DNA of 55,008 nt. Origin: Candidatus Nomurabacteria bacterium (GTDB taxonomy: Bacteria > Patescibacteriota > Minisyncoccia > Phycocordibacterales > UBA9973). The translations under genes and the position numbers were made by a program. The stretch is from assembly GCA_943350875.1 (NCBI GenBank), contig CALRAL010000004.1, positions 1 through 55,008 of the forward strand, read 5' to 3'. This document shows positions 25,475 to 35,245 of the stretch, in pieces. Under the pieces are notes generated by a model. It was not told where the DNA came from, did not search any database, and saw nothing but the letters and a program-made list of their open reading frames with translations. Numbering within the stretch: the first letter of the stretch is position 1; every line of letters starts with the position of its first letter.

Positions 25475-26014
25475 TTACAAAGCACCAGTGTACTTTATGA
25501 CTACCCTACGAGAAGGGCCGAAGCCAGTGGATTCAGTTTTAAGATCGTTCGCAGTAGAAAGAAATTCGTGCACAATCCTGCGCTCAAAAGCAGGCATTGG
25601 GTCTACTTCTATGCTTGATTTAAAATACCTAGCCCTCTCTGCCATCATATGAGCAATAGCGTGAATGTTTTCTATCCTTTTCTTATGAAAATCGTTCACG
25701 TCTATGAGTATTTCTATACCAGAAACATTTTCTTCCCCGAAGACTGTCTTCGGGGAGTCAGGCATTTTCGATTCAACAATTCTCTTTACTAAATGATTTA
25801 GAGCAAAAAGTGCTTCGCCCTCTCTATCAAGAAAAAAGTGTGGTTGATTCACTTCTGTTTTAAACCATAAATTCCTAACACCATTCGCATTTTTACCTAA
25901 AGGATTCTCTTCTAATATAGAAATATCACTGACTTGTACCCCAGTTCTTTCAATTAAATCTTTTATTAAGCTTTGTATTTCATTTGTTTCCATCTGTTTT
26001 ATTTCTATTGGCAT
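25475..26014 (-). CDS. khpB: Jag/KhpB RNA-binding protein (KH + R3H)
   Basis: C-terminal R3H pattern (ERRIVHEFLSTANDLKTESTGFGPSRRVVI). Sits directly downstream of yidC. An alternative start at 25993 is possible. Confidence 0.75.
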   Translation of the reverse strand: MPIEIKQMETNEIQSLIKDLIERTGVQVSDISILEENPLGKNANGVRNLWFKTEVNQPHFFLDREGEALFALNHLVKRIVESKMPDSPKTVFGEENVSGIEILIDVNDFHKKRIENIHAIAHMMAERARYFKSSIEVDPMPAFERRIVHEFLSTANDLKTESTGFGPSRRVVIKYTGAL

Positions 26015-26666
26015 ACATCTGCTGACCTATGGTGAATATATTACTGGTAATCCAGTATAATGCAACCGCTCCGGAAACTCTGTAGGCAATGAAAGCAATG
26101 AGGAAAGGGAAGACGTATTTCATCTGCATGTGCATACTTTTACCAAAACTCTCTGCCATAGAACCAGTGTTGTCAGTGGAAACAGGTGGTTTAGGCATAA
26201 AATGTGCTTGGAAATACTGAGAAATACCAGCTATTATAGCTAAAACCAAGCTTTTTTGACTAATATCAAGGATTCCTAGAAAATTCATATTATAGCCAAC
26301 ATCAATCTTGATACCTTTCATAAACACATAATAAAGGGCAAAAATGATAGGTATTTGAATCAAAGCCAAAAAAAGCCCAGAAAATGGGTTCACTTTGTGT
26401 TTCTTGTATAATTCAAAAGTCTGTTTGGCTTGCTCTTCTTTACTAATTCCACTCTTTTTGAGAGCATTGATTTCAGGAGTTAAAACATTCATTTTGGCCT
26501 GATTTTTAATGGATTTTTGGGAAATAGGGTACAAAATAATCTTCACTAAAATAGTGAGAATAATAACCGCCAAACCAACATCCCCAAAAGGAACTATAGA
26601 AATGAGGAAAGTCAGCACAGCTAGTAAGGGTTTATATAAAAGCGCATTCCAAATATTTGAAATCAT
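25980..26666 (-). CDS. yidC: Membrane protein insertase YidC (short form)
   Basis: KSIKNQAKMNVLTPEINALKK...ELYKKHKVNPFSG plus 5 TM segments. Context is rnpA-yidC-jag. Confidence 0.85.
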   Translation of the reverse strand: MISNIWNALLYKPLLAVLTFLISIVPFGDVGLAVIILTILVKIILYPISQKSIKNQAKMNVLTPEINALKKSGISKEEQAKQTFELYKKHKVNPFSGLFLALIQIPIIFALYYVFMKGIKIDVGYNMNFLGILDISQKSLVLAIIAGISQYFQAHFMPKPPVSTDNTGSMAESFGKSMHMQMKYVFPFLIAFIAYRVSGAVALYWITSNIFTIGQQMYANRNKTDGNK

Positions 26667-26702
26667 TCTTCTATTCTATAGGAAAACAAGAAAAATTCCA
26701 AA

Positions 26703-27059
26703 TTATTTAGAAATTTTCTTTAGTATATTTTTAATTTCGTTATCTAATATTAAAATAGTATTTTCTTTTAAACCTTTTTTATTAAATACAAAAACTCCTT
26801 TTAAGCCAACAGGGAATAGGGGCAAATAGCTTTTTAGAGCAGAATAGCCTCTGCGACGTAAAAGATTGCGATCCACGGCTCTTTTGGCTATAGATTTGGG
26901 GCAAACAAAGGAAATCTGAGTCAAACCAGCCTTATTTTGCAGGAATTTAAAGGTTAAATTGGGAGAATTTAAAAATCTGCCTTCCCTCCCATTTGGCAGG
27001 CAGGCCTTGAAGATTTTATTGACTAATTTTCTATCAGCCCTATTTTTTTTAGGAAGCAT
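26703..27059 (-). CDS. rnpA: Ribonuclease P protein component
   Basis: Basic 118-aa protein beginning MLPKKNR, immediately downstream of rpmH. Confidence 0.8.
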   Translation of the reverse strand: MLPKKNRADRKLVNKIFKACLPNGREGRFLNSPNLTFKFLQNKAGLTQISFVCPKSIAKRAVDRNLLRRRGYSALKSYLPLFPVGLKGVFVFNKKGLKENTILILDNEIKNILKKISK

Positions 27060-27061
27060 AA

Positions 27062-27202
27062 TTACTTTGAAACAGAAAGTTTCGCTCTTCCTTTTCTCCT
27101 GCGCTGTAATAACACTTTTTTGCCATTTTTAGTCCTAGATCTGACTAGAAAGCCATGAGCTCTGGCTCTTTTCCTCTTTTTAGGTTGATATGTTTGTGAC
27201 AT
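27062..27202 (-). CDS. rpmH: 50S ribosomal protein L34 (46 aa, below the ORF-track length cutoff)
   Basis: Hand translation of the minus strand gives [46 protein letters not shown]. Confidence 0.9.
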   Translation of the reverse strand: MSQTYQPKKRKRARAHGFLVRSRTKNGKKVLLQRRRKGRAKLSVSK

Positions 27203-27219
27203 AAGATAAAGATATCACA

Positions 27220-27239
27220 TTATCCACAACTTATCAACA
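27220..27239. promoter_or_regulatory. DnaA boxes in the rpmH-dnaA gap
   Basis: TTATCCACA (27220-27228, perfect consensus) and TTATCAACA (27231-27239). Confidence 0.7.
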
Positions 27240-27296
27240 TAGTTAATAAGTTTTTTTAATTCTCGTTTGATTGAAGGGATAGTATAATAGGTTTCA

Positions 27297-28652
27297 ATGG
27301 ATACAAAACAGCTTTGGAAAAATTGCTTGGTAGAAATAGAGGAAGGTATGTCTAAGGCCAATTTTAGTACCTGGTTTAAAAATACATCTATAATAAAAGA
27401 AGAATTGGGGATAATCTATGTTGGGGTGCCAAATGAATTTGTTCGAGATTGGTTAAAAAATAAATATCACAAACTCATAACCAAAACCGTAGCCGATGCA
27501 TATGAGAGTATGCGTGCTGTTGAATACTTAATAACAAAAATTGAAACAAATAAACAAGAATTGCCAAAATTAAATGAGGCTTTTGTAAATGTAAACAAAG
27601 AGTTACCATTGCGAGATTTGTATATAGACAAAGAAGACAATTTAAATCCTCGGTACAAGTTTGATTCTTTTATTGTTGGCTCATTTAATGAACTTGCATA
27701 TTCGGCTGCACAGCATATCGTGGAAAAGCCAGGCATAAATTACAATCCATTCTTTGTCTATGGAGGTACAGGATTGGGTAAAACCCACTTACTCCAAGCG
27801 ATAGGAAATGCTATAAAAGAAAAGTATGCGGATAAAAAAGTCCATTATATAACACTGGAAAAGTTTGCTACTGATCTTGTAAATTCTTTTCAAGCAGGAA
27901 ACAATAAAGCAAATGCTTTTAAAGAAAAATACAGAAAATATGATTTATTAATCATAGATGATATCCAATTTATTGGTAAAATGGAGACAACCCAAGAACA
28001 ACTGTTCCATACTTTTAACACTTATCACGAGAACAATAAACAAATTATATTTTCTTCAGATAAACATCCAAACTACATACCAGAATTAGCAGACAGATTA
28101 AAATCTCGTTTTGCTCAGGGCATGATAGTAGATATATCCGAACCAGCATACGAATCCAGACTAGCCATACTAAAAGTAAAACTACAAGAACAAAATATAG
28201 ATTTGGAGCCTGAGATATTGGAATATGTTGCATCAACAATAGAAGGGAACATCAGAGAATTGGAGGGTAGCTTAAATACCATAATATGCCAATATCGTTT
28301 AAAAAATAGGCCTCTTTCATTGGCTGAAGTAAAAACCCTAATGAAAAATAACATAAAACCAAAGAAAAATGTTTCTATAAAAGACGTAGTAAAGGTGGTA
28401 AGTGATCACTATAACCTAGATGAAGCTTCTATTTACGAAAAAACAAGAAGAAAGGAAATAGTCCGGGCTAGACAAGTGGTAATGTATCTCCTGCGGGAAG
28501 ATTTCAATGTTTCTTATCCTCTGATTGGGCAGAAACTAGGGGGCAAGGACCACACCACGGTAATCCATTCATATTTAAAGATTAAAAACGACTTGAAAAA
28601 CGACCCACAACTATTGCAAGAAATAGAAACAATCCGCACAATGTTTAAATAA
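27297..28652 (+). CDS. dnaA: Chromosomal replication initiator DnaA
   Basis: GGTGLGKTHLLQAIGN (Walker A), LLIIDDIQF, and the C-terminal DNA-binding signature IGQKLGGKDHTTVIHS. Confidence 0.93.
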   Translation: MDTKQLWKNCLVEIEEGMSKANFSTWFKNTSIIKEELGIIYVGVPNEFVRDWLKNKYHKLITKTVADAYESMRAVEYLITKIETNKQELPKLNEAFVNVNKELPLRDLYIDKEDNLNPRYKFDSFIVGSFNELAYSAAQHIVEKPGINYNPFFVYGGTGLGKTHLLQAIGNAIKEKYADKKVHYITLEKFATDLVNSFQAGNNKANAFKEKYRKYDLLIIDDIQFIGKMETTQEQLFHTFNTYHENNKQIIFSSDKHPNYIPELADRLKSRFAQGMIVDISEPAYESRLAILKVKLQEQNIDLEPEILEYVASTIEGNIRELEGSLNTIICQYRLKNRPLSLAEVKTLMKNNIKPKKNVSIKDVVKVVSDHYNLDEASIYEKTRRKEIVRARQVVMYLLREDFNVSYPLIGQKLGGKDHTTVIHSYLKIKNDLKNDPQLLQEIETIRTMFK

Positions 28653-28680
28653 GTTAAAATAATTAACAAGTTATCATAAA

Positions 28681-28751
28681 GATATTAAATAAAAATTTTT
28701 AAAATAAACCAATAATCTAAACAAGAAAAACAATTTATCCACTTATCCACA
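28681..28751. promoter_or_regulatory. Candidate oriC core in the dnaA-dnaN gap: an AT-rich tract plus tandem DnaA boxes
   Basis: AT-only tract at 28681-28718. TTATCCACT and TTATCCACA overlap by one nt at 28735-28751. Confidence 0.6.
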
Positions 28752-28794
28752 AGACTAATAGTATTAATAGATTAAATATATAAGATATAAACAT

Positions 28795-29892
28795 ATGAAG
28801 ATAGAATGCGGGATAGAACAAATCAAGAATGCAATTTTACAAACAGAGAGAATTACTGGGAAGAATTTAACTTTACCAATATTAAGCTCCATCCTTTTGA
28901 TTGCTTCCGGGAAGAATTTGAAAATGAGGGCTACAAATTTAAGTTTAGGAATAGAGATTGAGATTCCTGCCAAAATAGAAGAAGAAGGTACTGTAGCTGT
29001 GTCTGGTTCTGTTTTGTCTGGAATGTTTTCAAACATAGTTCAAAACGAAAGCATAAGTTTGTTTACAGAAGACAGCAATCTTTTAATTAAAACAAAGAAA
29101 AGTAAAATAAAATTGAAATGCAATCCTTATGAAGATTTTCCAACTATTCCAAAAGTTTCCGGAATAGAGTTAGAGATAGATGCTAAGAAAATAATGGATG
29201 GGATTAAGTCTGTGTACTATAGTTCTTCGGTTTCTGATATAAAACCAGAAATATCTAGTGTTTATATTTATTCAAATGAAGAAAATTTAGTTTTCGTTTC
29301 TACGGATTCTTTCAGATTAGCGGAAAAGAAGATAAAAGTTAAATCTTTACAAGAAATATCTGGAATCTTAATTCCTTTTAAAAATATACCTGACATTTTA
29401 AGGGTTTTTGGTGAATTTTCTGGTAATATAAAAGTATCTTTTGATAAGAATCAAATATCTTTTTCTTCAGACAGCGTGTACCTTACTTCCCGAGTTATAA
29501 ATGGAGTATTCCCGGATTATAGGCAAATTTTACCAAAAGAATCAAAAACAGAAGTGGTTGTTTTAAAGCAAGATCTATCAAATGCTTTAAAATTATCAAA
29601 TATCTTTTCAGATAAATTTAATCAAATAAACTTTTCTATAAAACCAAAAAGTAAAATATTTGAATTGTCCTCTCAAAACAACGATGTGGGGGAGAATAAA
29701 ACATACTTAGATGCAGTTTTGTCTGGAGAGGACATCGAGCTTTCTTTTAATTACAAATATTTCCTTGATTGTTTTCAATCTATAAATACTGACAGTATAT
29801 CTATCAAGCTAAATCAGTCTAGTAAGCCCATGGTAGTATCGAGCTCTTCTGACAACAGCTTCACTTATTTGATAATGCCCATGAATAGATAA
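28795..29892 (+). CDS. dnaN: DNA polymerase III beta sliding clamp
   Basis: 365 aa, directly after dnaA. Ends ...YLIMPMNR, typical of beta clamps. Confidence 0.88.
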   Translation: MKIECGIEQIKNAILQTERITGKNLTLPILSSILLIASGKNLKMRATNLSLGIEIEIPAKIEEEGTVAVSGSVLSGMFSNIVQNESISLFTEDSNLLIKTKKSKIKLKCNPYEDFPTIPKVSGIELEIDAKKIMDGIKSVYYSSSVSDIKPEISSVYIYSNEENLVFVSTDSFRLAEKKIKVKSLQEISGILIPFKNIPDILRVFGEFSGNIKVSFDKNQISFSSDSVYLTSRVINGVFPDYRQILPKESKTEVVVLKQDLSNALKLSNIFSDKFNQINFSIKPKSKIFELSSQNNDVGENKTYLDAVLSGEDIELSFNYKYFLDCFQSINTDSISIKLNQSSKPMVVSSSSDNSFTYLIMPMNR

Positions 29893-29893
29893 A

Positions 29894-32407
29894 TTATTGA
29901 GCAACATTAAAATTGGAAACCACTTCTGTTTGATTATAAGCTGTGTCATAGACTGATAATTTAATTTCGTTCACGGGTTTTAAAATTTCCAGATCTGATG
30001 GAATAAAAGAAAAATTGAATGGGTAGGTGGATGTGCCGAGGTAGTTGTCATTTACAAATATATCTATCTTTTGTAATGGGAAACGTCCAGTGCTGTTTAT
30101 TTTAAGCTGTATTTTTTGATTGGGAAAATAATTTATCATATTATTTGGTTCTAATATAGACACTATCGGTTTAGATTGTTCAGTATGAGCATCATCTTCG
30201 GCTACTGGCTTTTCATTCCAAGTAGTCACAGGATATTTCCATTTATTTTGGGTTAGCCAATTCTGTATAGGCACCTCCCAATGTTCAAATTGCGAATCAT
30301 CGCTAGGGTTTGCAGGCGGAGGACCTAAAATATCATTTTTGTTTACCCAGTATAAAATAGAATGCATGTTGGTGATAACTTTTTCTTGTTTAGTTTCTTT
30401 AGGAGTGTTTTCGGTAGCGAGCTTACCGGAGATCTTATCTATAAAGAAATGTTCATTACCTTGCCATAGACCCCTTAGTACCGGCTTTACTTTTTCAGGA
30501 TCATTATTTATATTTTCCTTTTCAAATTTTTCATTTGGCAGATTTTTCAATGCTTCAATCATAAATTTATTCCAGATAGGTCCGGCCAGAGCAGCACCTC
30601 CTTTTTTCATAGGCTTGTTATCATTATTCCCAGCCCATACACCTACTACCACAGAGGGAGTATATCCTATAGTCCAAGCATCTTTGTTGTTGTTTGTAGT
30701 ACCAGTTTTTACAGCTACTTGATGTTGAGGAATTTCTAATACAGGATGGACACCAAAGGTAGGTATCCTCGCAATACTGTCTGAAAGTACATCAGAAATA
30801 GTTAGAGCCACGTTTTTCGGCAGTACCTCCTTTTCATTCTGAGAGAAATTTTCTAAAATATTTCCATTAGCATCTTCTACTCTCAAAACTCCCATATATG
30901 GATTCCGCATACCGTTGTTAGCAAAAACTCCATAAGCAGAAGTTATGTCGAGAAGCGATACTTCTCCACCTCCGATAACGAGGGTGAGTCCATAACGACC
31001 GACATCAGTAAGGGTGCTGATACCCATATCCTCCGCAGTTTTTAGAGAATCACGTAAGCCTGCTAAATAAAACAATTTTACTGCTGGGATGTTTATGGAT
31101 TGAGCCAAGGCATCTCGCAGGCTCATTGGGCCTCTGTATTTATTGTCGTAGTCTTCTGGTTTATAGCAGTCTTTTTGGTTGTGCCCAGGCATAGTTACTC
31201 CATAAGCATCGCAGGTAGTCTGGAATTCAGTTGGAAGGTCAAATAGCACTGTATTAGGCGTAAAACCCTTATTAAAGGCTGTAGCGTATATAAAGGGCTT
31301 AAATGAGGACCCAGGCTGTCTGGAGGCCGTAGCCACGTTAAAATTACCGTCTATTTCTTTGTCAAAGTAGTTCCTAGAGCCTATCATTGTTAAGATTTGG
31401 CCTGTTTTGGGGTCTATGGACACCAAAGAGGCATTTGTGGCATTCCATTTTTTCTCATTGTCTAGGGCACCATCTTTCACGATTTGTTCGCCTTTTTGCT
31501 GTAGATCATAATCCAGAGTTGTAATCACTTTTAGTCCGCCAGTTTGTACCACTTCACTTCCATATTTTTTTTCAAGATAATCTTTTATAAAAAAAACAAA
31601 GTGCGGAGCTTTTATACTTCCCGTAGATTGTGTCATGAATGTGACGACTTCGTTTTTTGCTTTGTTGTAATTTTCTTCTGTTATAAATTTTAAATCCTTC
31701 ATCCTAGATAGGACAAAGTTCTTCCTGTCTTCTAATTTATTTTTATTTTTTCCGTAAGGCGAGAGGGTGGTAGGAGATTGAGGTATCGCTGCTAGATATG
31801 AGGCTTCGGCGAGGGTCAAGTCTTCTGGATTTTTGTCGAAATAAGTTTTACTTGCTTCTTCTATGCCATAAACATTGCCTCCGTATGGTGCTTCGTTTAG
31901 ATAAAGCTCCAATATTTTTTCTTTTGGCGTAGATTGATCTATTTTTATAGCCAAGACCCACTCTTTTATCTTTCTACCAAGAGTTTTTTTAGAATTAAGA
32001 AGTGTGTTTTTTATTAATTGTTGAGTGATAGTAGAACCTCCCTGAGTTTTACTTGTGCCAAATAAATTTGATAACACTGCCCGTACGATAGAGGTGATGC
32101 GTATTCCCCCGTGGTTATAGAAATCAGAATCTTCCACTGCTACAGTGGCATTTTTAATGTTTGAACCCATTTTCTCAAACGGAATGTTTGTTCTTTTTAT
32201 ATCTTGGTGAATATCATAGAGCAAAATCTTCTCAGTGCGGTCATATATACGAGTGGAATTTACTATTTTCCTATCTTCAAAAGAATTGAGATTTGGGATT
32301 TTAAGGGAAGAGAACCAAATAATTCCGACTCCAGATAAAAACATAAAAATACCGGTACAAGTCAGTATAAAATTCTTTAAAAAGTTATGTTTACGCCCAG
32401 TTTCCAT
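29894..32407 (-). CDS. Bifunctional class A penicillin-binding protein (glycosyltransferase GT51 + transpeptidase)
   Basis: N-terminal TM segment. EDSDFYNHGGI, GGSTITQQL and RKIKEW GT51 motifs. SSFKP (SxxK), SIN and KTGTT transpeptidase motifs. Confidence 0.9.
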   Translation of the reverse strand: METGRKHNFLKNFILTCTGIFMFLSGVGIIWFSSLKIPNLNSFEDRKIVNSTRIYDRTEKILLYDIHQDIKRTNIPFEKMGSNIKNATVAVEDSDFYNHGGIRITSIVRAVLSNLFGTSKTQGGSTITQQLIKNTLLNSKKTLGRKIKEWVLAIKIDQSTPKEKILELYLNEAPYGGNVYGIEEASKTYFDKNPEDLTLAEASYLAAIPQSPTTLSPYGKNKNKLEDRKNFVLSRMKDLKFITEENYNKAKNEVVTFMTQSTGSIKAPHFVFFIKDYLEKKYGSEVVQTGGLKVITTLDYDLQQKGEQIVKDGALDNEKKWNATNASLVSIDPKTGQILTMIGSRNYFDKEIDGNFNVATASRQPGSSFKPFIYATAFNKGFTPNTVLFDLPTEFQTTCDAYGVTMPGHNQKDCYKPEDYDNKYRGPMSLRDALAQSINIPAVKLFYLAGLRDSLKTAEDMGISTLTDVGRYGLTLVIGGGEVSLLDITSAYGVFANNGMRNPYMGVLRVEDANGNILENFSQNEKEVLPKNVALTISDVLSDSIARIPTFGVHPVLEIPQHQVAVKTGTTNNNKDAWTIGYTPSVVVGVWAGNNDNKPMKKGGAALAGPIWNKFMIEALKNLPNEKFEKENINNDPEKVKPVLRGLWQGNEHFFIDKISGKLATENTPKETKQEKVITNMHSILYWVNKNDILGPPPANPSDDSQFEHWEVPIQNWLTQNKWKYPVTTWNEKPVAEDDAHTEQSKPIVSILEPNNMINYFPNQKIQLKINSTGRFPLQKIDIFVNDNYLGTSTYPFNFSFIPSDLEILKPVNEIKLSVYDTAYNQTEVVSNFNVAQ

Positions 32408-32444
32408 CTAATTTAATTATATCAAAATATATGCTACAATTCGA

Positions 32445-33626
32445 ATGATGACGAAGGTAATAACAGATGAAAAAAAGATAGATGAAGTTTTGAACAGAGG
32501 CACAGAAGATGTTTTTGTAAAAGAACATTTAAGGCAACAGCTTTTGTCAGGTCGTGTTTTGCGAGTAAAATTTGGGATTGATCCGACAGGACCTAAAATA
32601 CATTTAGGTAGAGCTATTCCTTTGCGTAAATTAAGAGCTTTCCAAGATTTGGGACATAAAGTTATTTTAATTGTGGGTGATTTTACAGCGACTATTGGAG
32701 ATCCTTCAGATAAGCTTGAAAAAAGACCAATGTTAACAGTTTCAGAAATAAAGAAAAATATGAAAGATTACAAGAATCAGCTTGGAAAGATTATAGATCT
32801 TAAAAAAGCAGAGTTTGTTTACAACAGTAAATGGCTTGGTAAGTTGGGTTTTAAGGAAATTTCAGAATTAGCCGAAAGTTTTTCACTTCAGCAAATGTCT
32901 AACAGAAGGAACTTCAAAGATCGTATAGAAAAGAATGAAGAAATATCTCTACGTGAACTAATGTATCCTTTGATGCAAGGCTATGACAGTGTGGCAGTAA
33001 AAGCAGATGTGGAAATAGGTGGTTTTGATCAATTATTTAATTTAAAAGCAGGAAGAATTATCCAGAGACATTATGGAATGGCTGAGCAAGACGTCTTGAC
33101 TTTACAAATGCTTGAGGGTACTGATGGACGCAAAATGTCCACCTCTTGGGGTAATGTCATTACTATTGTTGATAAGCCGAAAGATATGTATGGCAAGGTT
33201 ATGGCAATAAAAGATGAATTGATTAATAAATATTTTGATTTGTGTACTGATATAAAAAGTTCTGAAATAAAAAAAGCAGAAAATCCAAAAGAAGACAAAA
33301 TGAAACTTGCTTATGAAATCGTAAAAATATATCACGGAGAGAAAAAGGTCAAAGAAGCAGAGGAGAATTTTGTAAATACATTTTCTAAAAAAGAAATTCC
33401 TGAAGAAATGGAGAAAATAAAAGGGAATATCGGAGAAATATTATCCGATATTCTGGTTTTCAATAAAATTCTTTCCTCAAAAGGTGAATGGAGGAGATTA
33501 GTAGAAGGGAATGCCATTCATGACTTAATAAATAATGAAAATATTACAGATCAATATTTTAAAATATCTAAAGATTTAACTCTCAAAATAGGTAAAAAAA
33601 GATTTATTAAAATTACTCTACAGTAA
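32445..33626 (+). CDS. tyrS: Tyrosine--tRNA ligase
   Basis: GIDPTGPKIHLG (HIGH region), FQDLGHKVILIVGDFTATIGDPSDK, KMSTS (KMSKS motif), and a C-terminal S4-like SKGEWRRLVEGNAI. Confidence 0.85.
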   Translation: MMTKVITDEKKIDEVLNRGTEDVFVKEHLRQQLLSGRVLRVKFGIDPTGPKIHLGRAIPLRKLRAFQDLGHKVILIVGDFTATIGDPSDKLEKRPMLTVSEIKKNMKDYKNQLGKIIDLKKAEFVYNSKWLGKLGFKEISELAESFSLQQMSNRRNFKDRIEKNEEISLRELMYPLMQGYDSVAVKADVEIGGFDQLFNLKAGRIIQRHYGMAEQDVLTLQMLEGTDGRKMSTSWGNVITIVDKPKDMYGKVMAIKDELINKYFDLCTDIKSSEIKKAENPKEDKMKLAYEIVKIYHGEKKVKEAEENFVNTFSKKEIPEEMEKIKGNIGEILSDILVFNKILSSKGEWRRLVEGNAIHDLINNENITDQYFKISKDLTLKIGKKRFIKITLQ

Positions 33627-33657
33627 AAATTACACAGGGGAACCCTGTGTAATTTTT
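33625..33657. terminator. Bidirectional intrinsic terminator: perfect 15-bp stem beginning inside the tyrS stop codon
   Basis: AAAAATTACACAGGG-gaa-CCCTGTGTAATTTTT, between convergent ORFs. Confidence 0.75.
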
Positions 33658-33658
33658 A

Positions 33659-33808
33659 CTAGTGGAAGCTATCATCTGGATCATAACTGTCTTCGTCATC
33701 ATGAAAGACAAAATCATCTTCTGCTCCGAGTATATCTCCATCTCCGTCCGCATCTCCTTCTTTGAACTTTTCTTCTCCTACAACATCATCATTTTCATCA
33801 CTACTCAT
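33659..33808 (-). CDS. Small highly acidic hypothetical protein (49 aa, not in the ORF track)
   Basis: Hand translation gives MSSDENDDVVGEEKFKEGDADGDGDILGAEDDFVFHDDEDSYDPDDSFH. It ends at the bidirectional terminator. Confidence 0.35.
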   Translation of the reverse strand: MSSDENDDVVGEEKFKEGDADGDGDILGAEDDFVFHDDEDSYDPDDSFH

Positions 33809-33918
33809 ATAAAAATTTTTATAAATTTTTAATACGACCTAATATAAAATCATTTTTATCAAATATAGAATTGTTTAGCAAGACCAAAATCTCAAATATG
33901 TGGATAACTTTCAAAATT

Positions 33919-34401
33919 TTAATTTTTTATACAAGCAAAAGCGGTCAGAGCTATAGCAATAGCATCTAATTCATCGTCAGATTCTTTCTTTTCTTTATTA
34001 ATATCAACCAATATTTTTACCATTTTTATTATTTGCTCTTTGTTGGCTTTTCCGTACCCCGTGGTAGCGACTTTTATCTGAGGAGGAGAAGCTTCAAATA
34101 TTTTTAAACCTGCCTTAATTCCTTCACATATCACCACTCCACGTGCTTCAGCTACATGCATCACAGTTTTTTGATTCGTAGTTAAAAAAAGTGTTTCTAT
34201 CGCCAAAACTTCCGGCTTGTATTTTTTGATTATTTTTTTTACTTCTTCGCCAATTAAATTTAATCGCACTGCAAATTCTAACTTGGCCGAAGTCTTAAAA
34301 CATTCAGAAAAAATGACTTTCTCCCTTTTATCACCTTTATTTTTTTCTAATATAGCTATTCCCAACCTCTCAAACCCCGGATCTATGCCTAGTATTTTCA
34401 T
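33919..34401 (-). CDS. ruvC: Holliday junction resolvase RuvC
   Basis: MKILGIDPGFERLGIAILE N-terminus. C-terminal DELDAIAIAL acidic catalytic motif. Confidence 0.88.
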   Translation of the reverse strand: MKILGIDPGFERLGIAILEKNKGDKREKVIFSECFKTSAKLEFAVRLNLIGEEVKKIIKKYKPEVLAIETLFLTTNQKTVMHVAEARGVVICEGIKAGLKIFEASPPQIKVATTGYGKANKEQIIKMVKILVDINKEKKESDDELDAIAIALTAFACIKN

Positions 34402-34421
34402 GGGTTCATTATAACACTACC

Positions 34422-34676
34422 TTATCCATGTTTTATTTTTAGAAATAGCATTGATACAGCAAATACTAAGGTAATAGAACTCATTATCACTAATGAAATA
34501 CTGCTAATCATTAATCCATATGTAATCCAAAGGACTTGTCCAGATAGGTTTATAAGCATCCATGATATGGAAATGTCACCAGTAGATTTAGTCTTCCAAG
34601 ATTTGATTGTTTGTGGCACAAGAGAACAAGACGTAAATATACCAGCTAGAAAACCTATTATTTCTACATTAAACAT
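34422..34676 (-). CDS. SemiSWEET / PQ-loop 3-TM transporter
   Basis: 84 aa, three TM segments, PQ motif (SLVPQTIKSWKTKS). Confidence 0.6.
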   Translation of the reverse strand: MFNVEIIGFLAGIFTSCSLVPQTIKSWKTKSTGDISISWMLINLSGQVLWITYGLMISSISLVIMSSITLVFAVSMLFLKIKHG

Positions 34677-34758
34677 ATTTATATTGTAGCATATTGACTA
34701 TTAATAGAGCTATTTTTTTACCATTCTTTACCTTTTTCATAATAAAATTATAGCAATA

Positions 34759-34962
34759 TTACTCAATTTCAGCATCTCGTAAAATATTCTTTACTATTTT
34801 TGGGTGAAGGGTTTTTGAGTTGTGGTTTGGAATTGTTATTCTTACACCTTTACTATTGTGAAATATCATATGACTTCCACTTTGGCGAGACAAAGAAAAC
34901 CCAACAGATTTTATTAGTTTTATGATTTGGCTTGCCGTATATCTAATATCTTTTGGAGACAT
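34759..34962 (-). CDS. hicA: HicA-family mRNA interferase toxin
   Basis: KLIKSVGFSLSRQSGSHMIFHN...ITIPNH matches the HicA pattern. Downstream of hicB with a 3-nt gap. Confidence 0.8.
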   Translation of the reverse strand: MSPKDIRYTASQIIKLIKSVGFSLSRQSGSHMIFHNSKGVRITIPNHNSKTLHPKIVKNILRDAEIE

Positions 34963-34965
34963 AGA

Positions 34966-35196
34966 TTAAGATATGGCAATTTGAAAATTAGAAAAAGTAA
35001 AAAATTTTTCAATAGGAATTAATTTTTCTTTTTTTGATACTCTGTCAGCCACATGAAGCTTAATAGCGTCTTTTATATTTTTTACCACTTCGTCATAGCT
35101 TTTACCTTGGGTATAACATCCTTGTAGGTCTAAACATTCGGCGACAAAGCCTTTTTTATCTTGCTCTATAACAACTGAAAAATTTTGCACTTTCAT
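34966..35196 (-). CDS. hicB: HicB-family antitoxin
   Basis: FSVVIEQDKKGFVAECLDLQGCYTQGKSYDEVVKNIKDAI matches the HicB/UPF0150 N-terminal fold pattern. Confidence 0.75.
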   Translation of the reverse strand: MKVQNFSVVIEQDKKGFVAECLDLQGCYTQGKSYDEVVKNIKDAIKLHVADRVSKKEKLIPIEKFFTFSNFQIAIS

Positions 35197-35245
35197 ATTC
35201 TATATATCATATCACATTTTGCACTATTTAGTAATAGTAGCCTTT

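Noticed and set aside
26509-26829. 106-aa plus-strand ORF spanning the yidC-rnpA junction
   Set aside because: It is antisense to two well-supported genes of the conserved rpmH-rnpA-yidC-jag operon and has no motifs.
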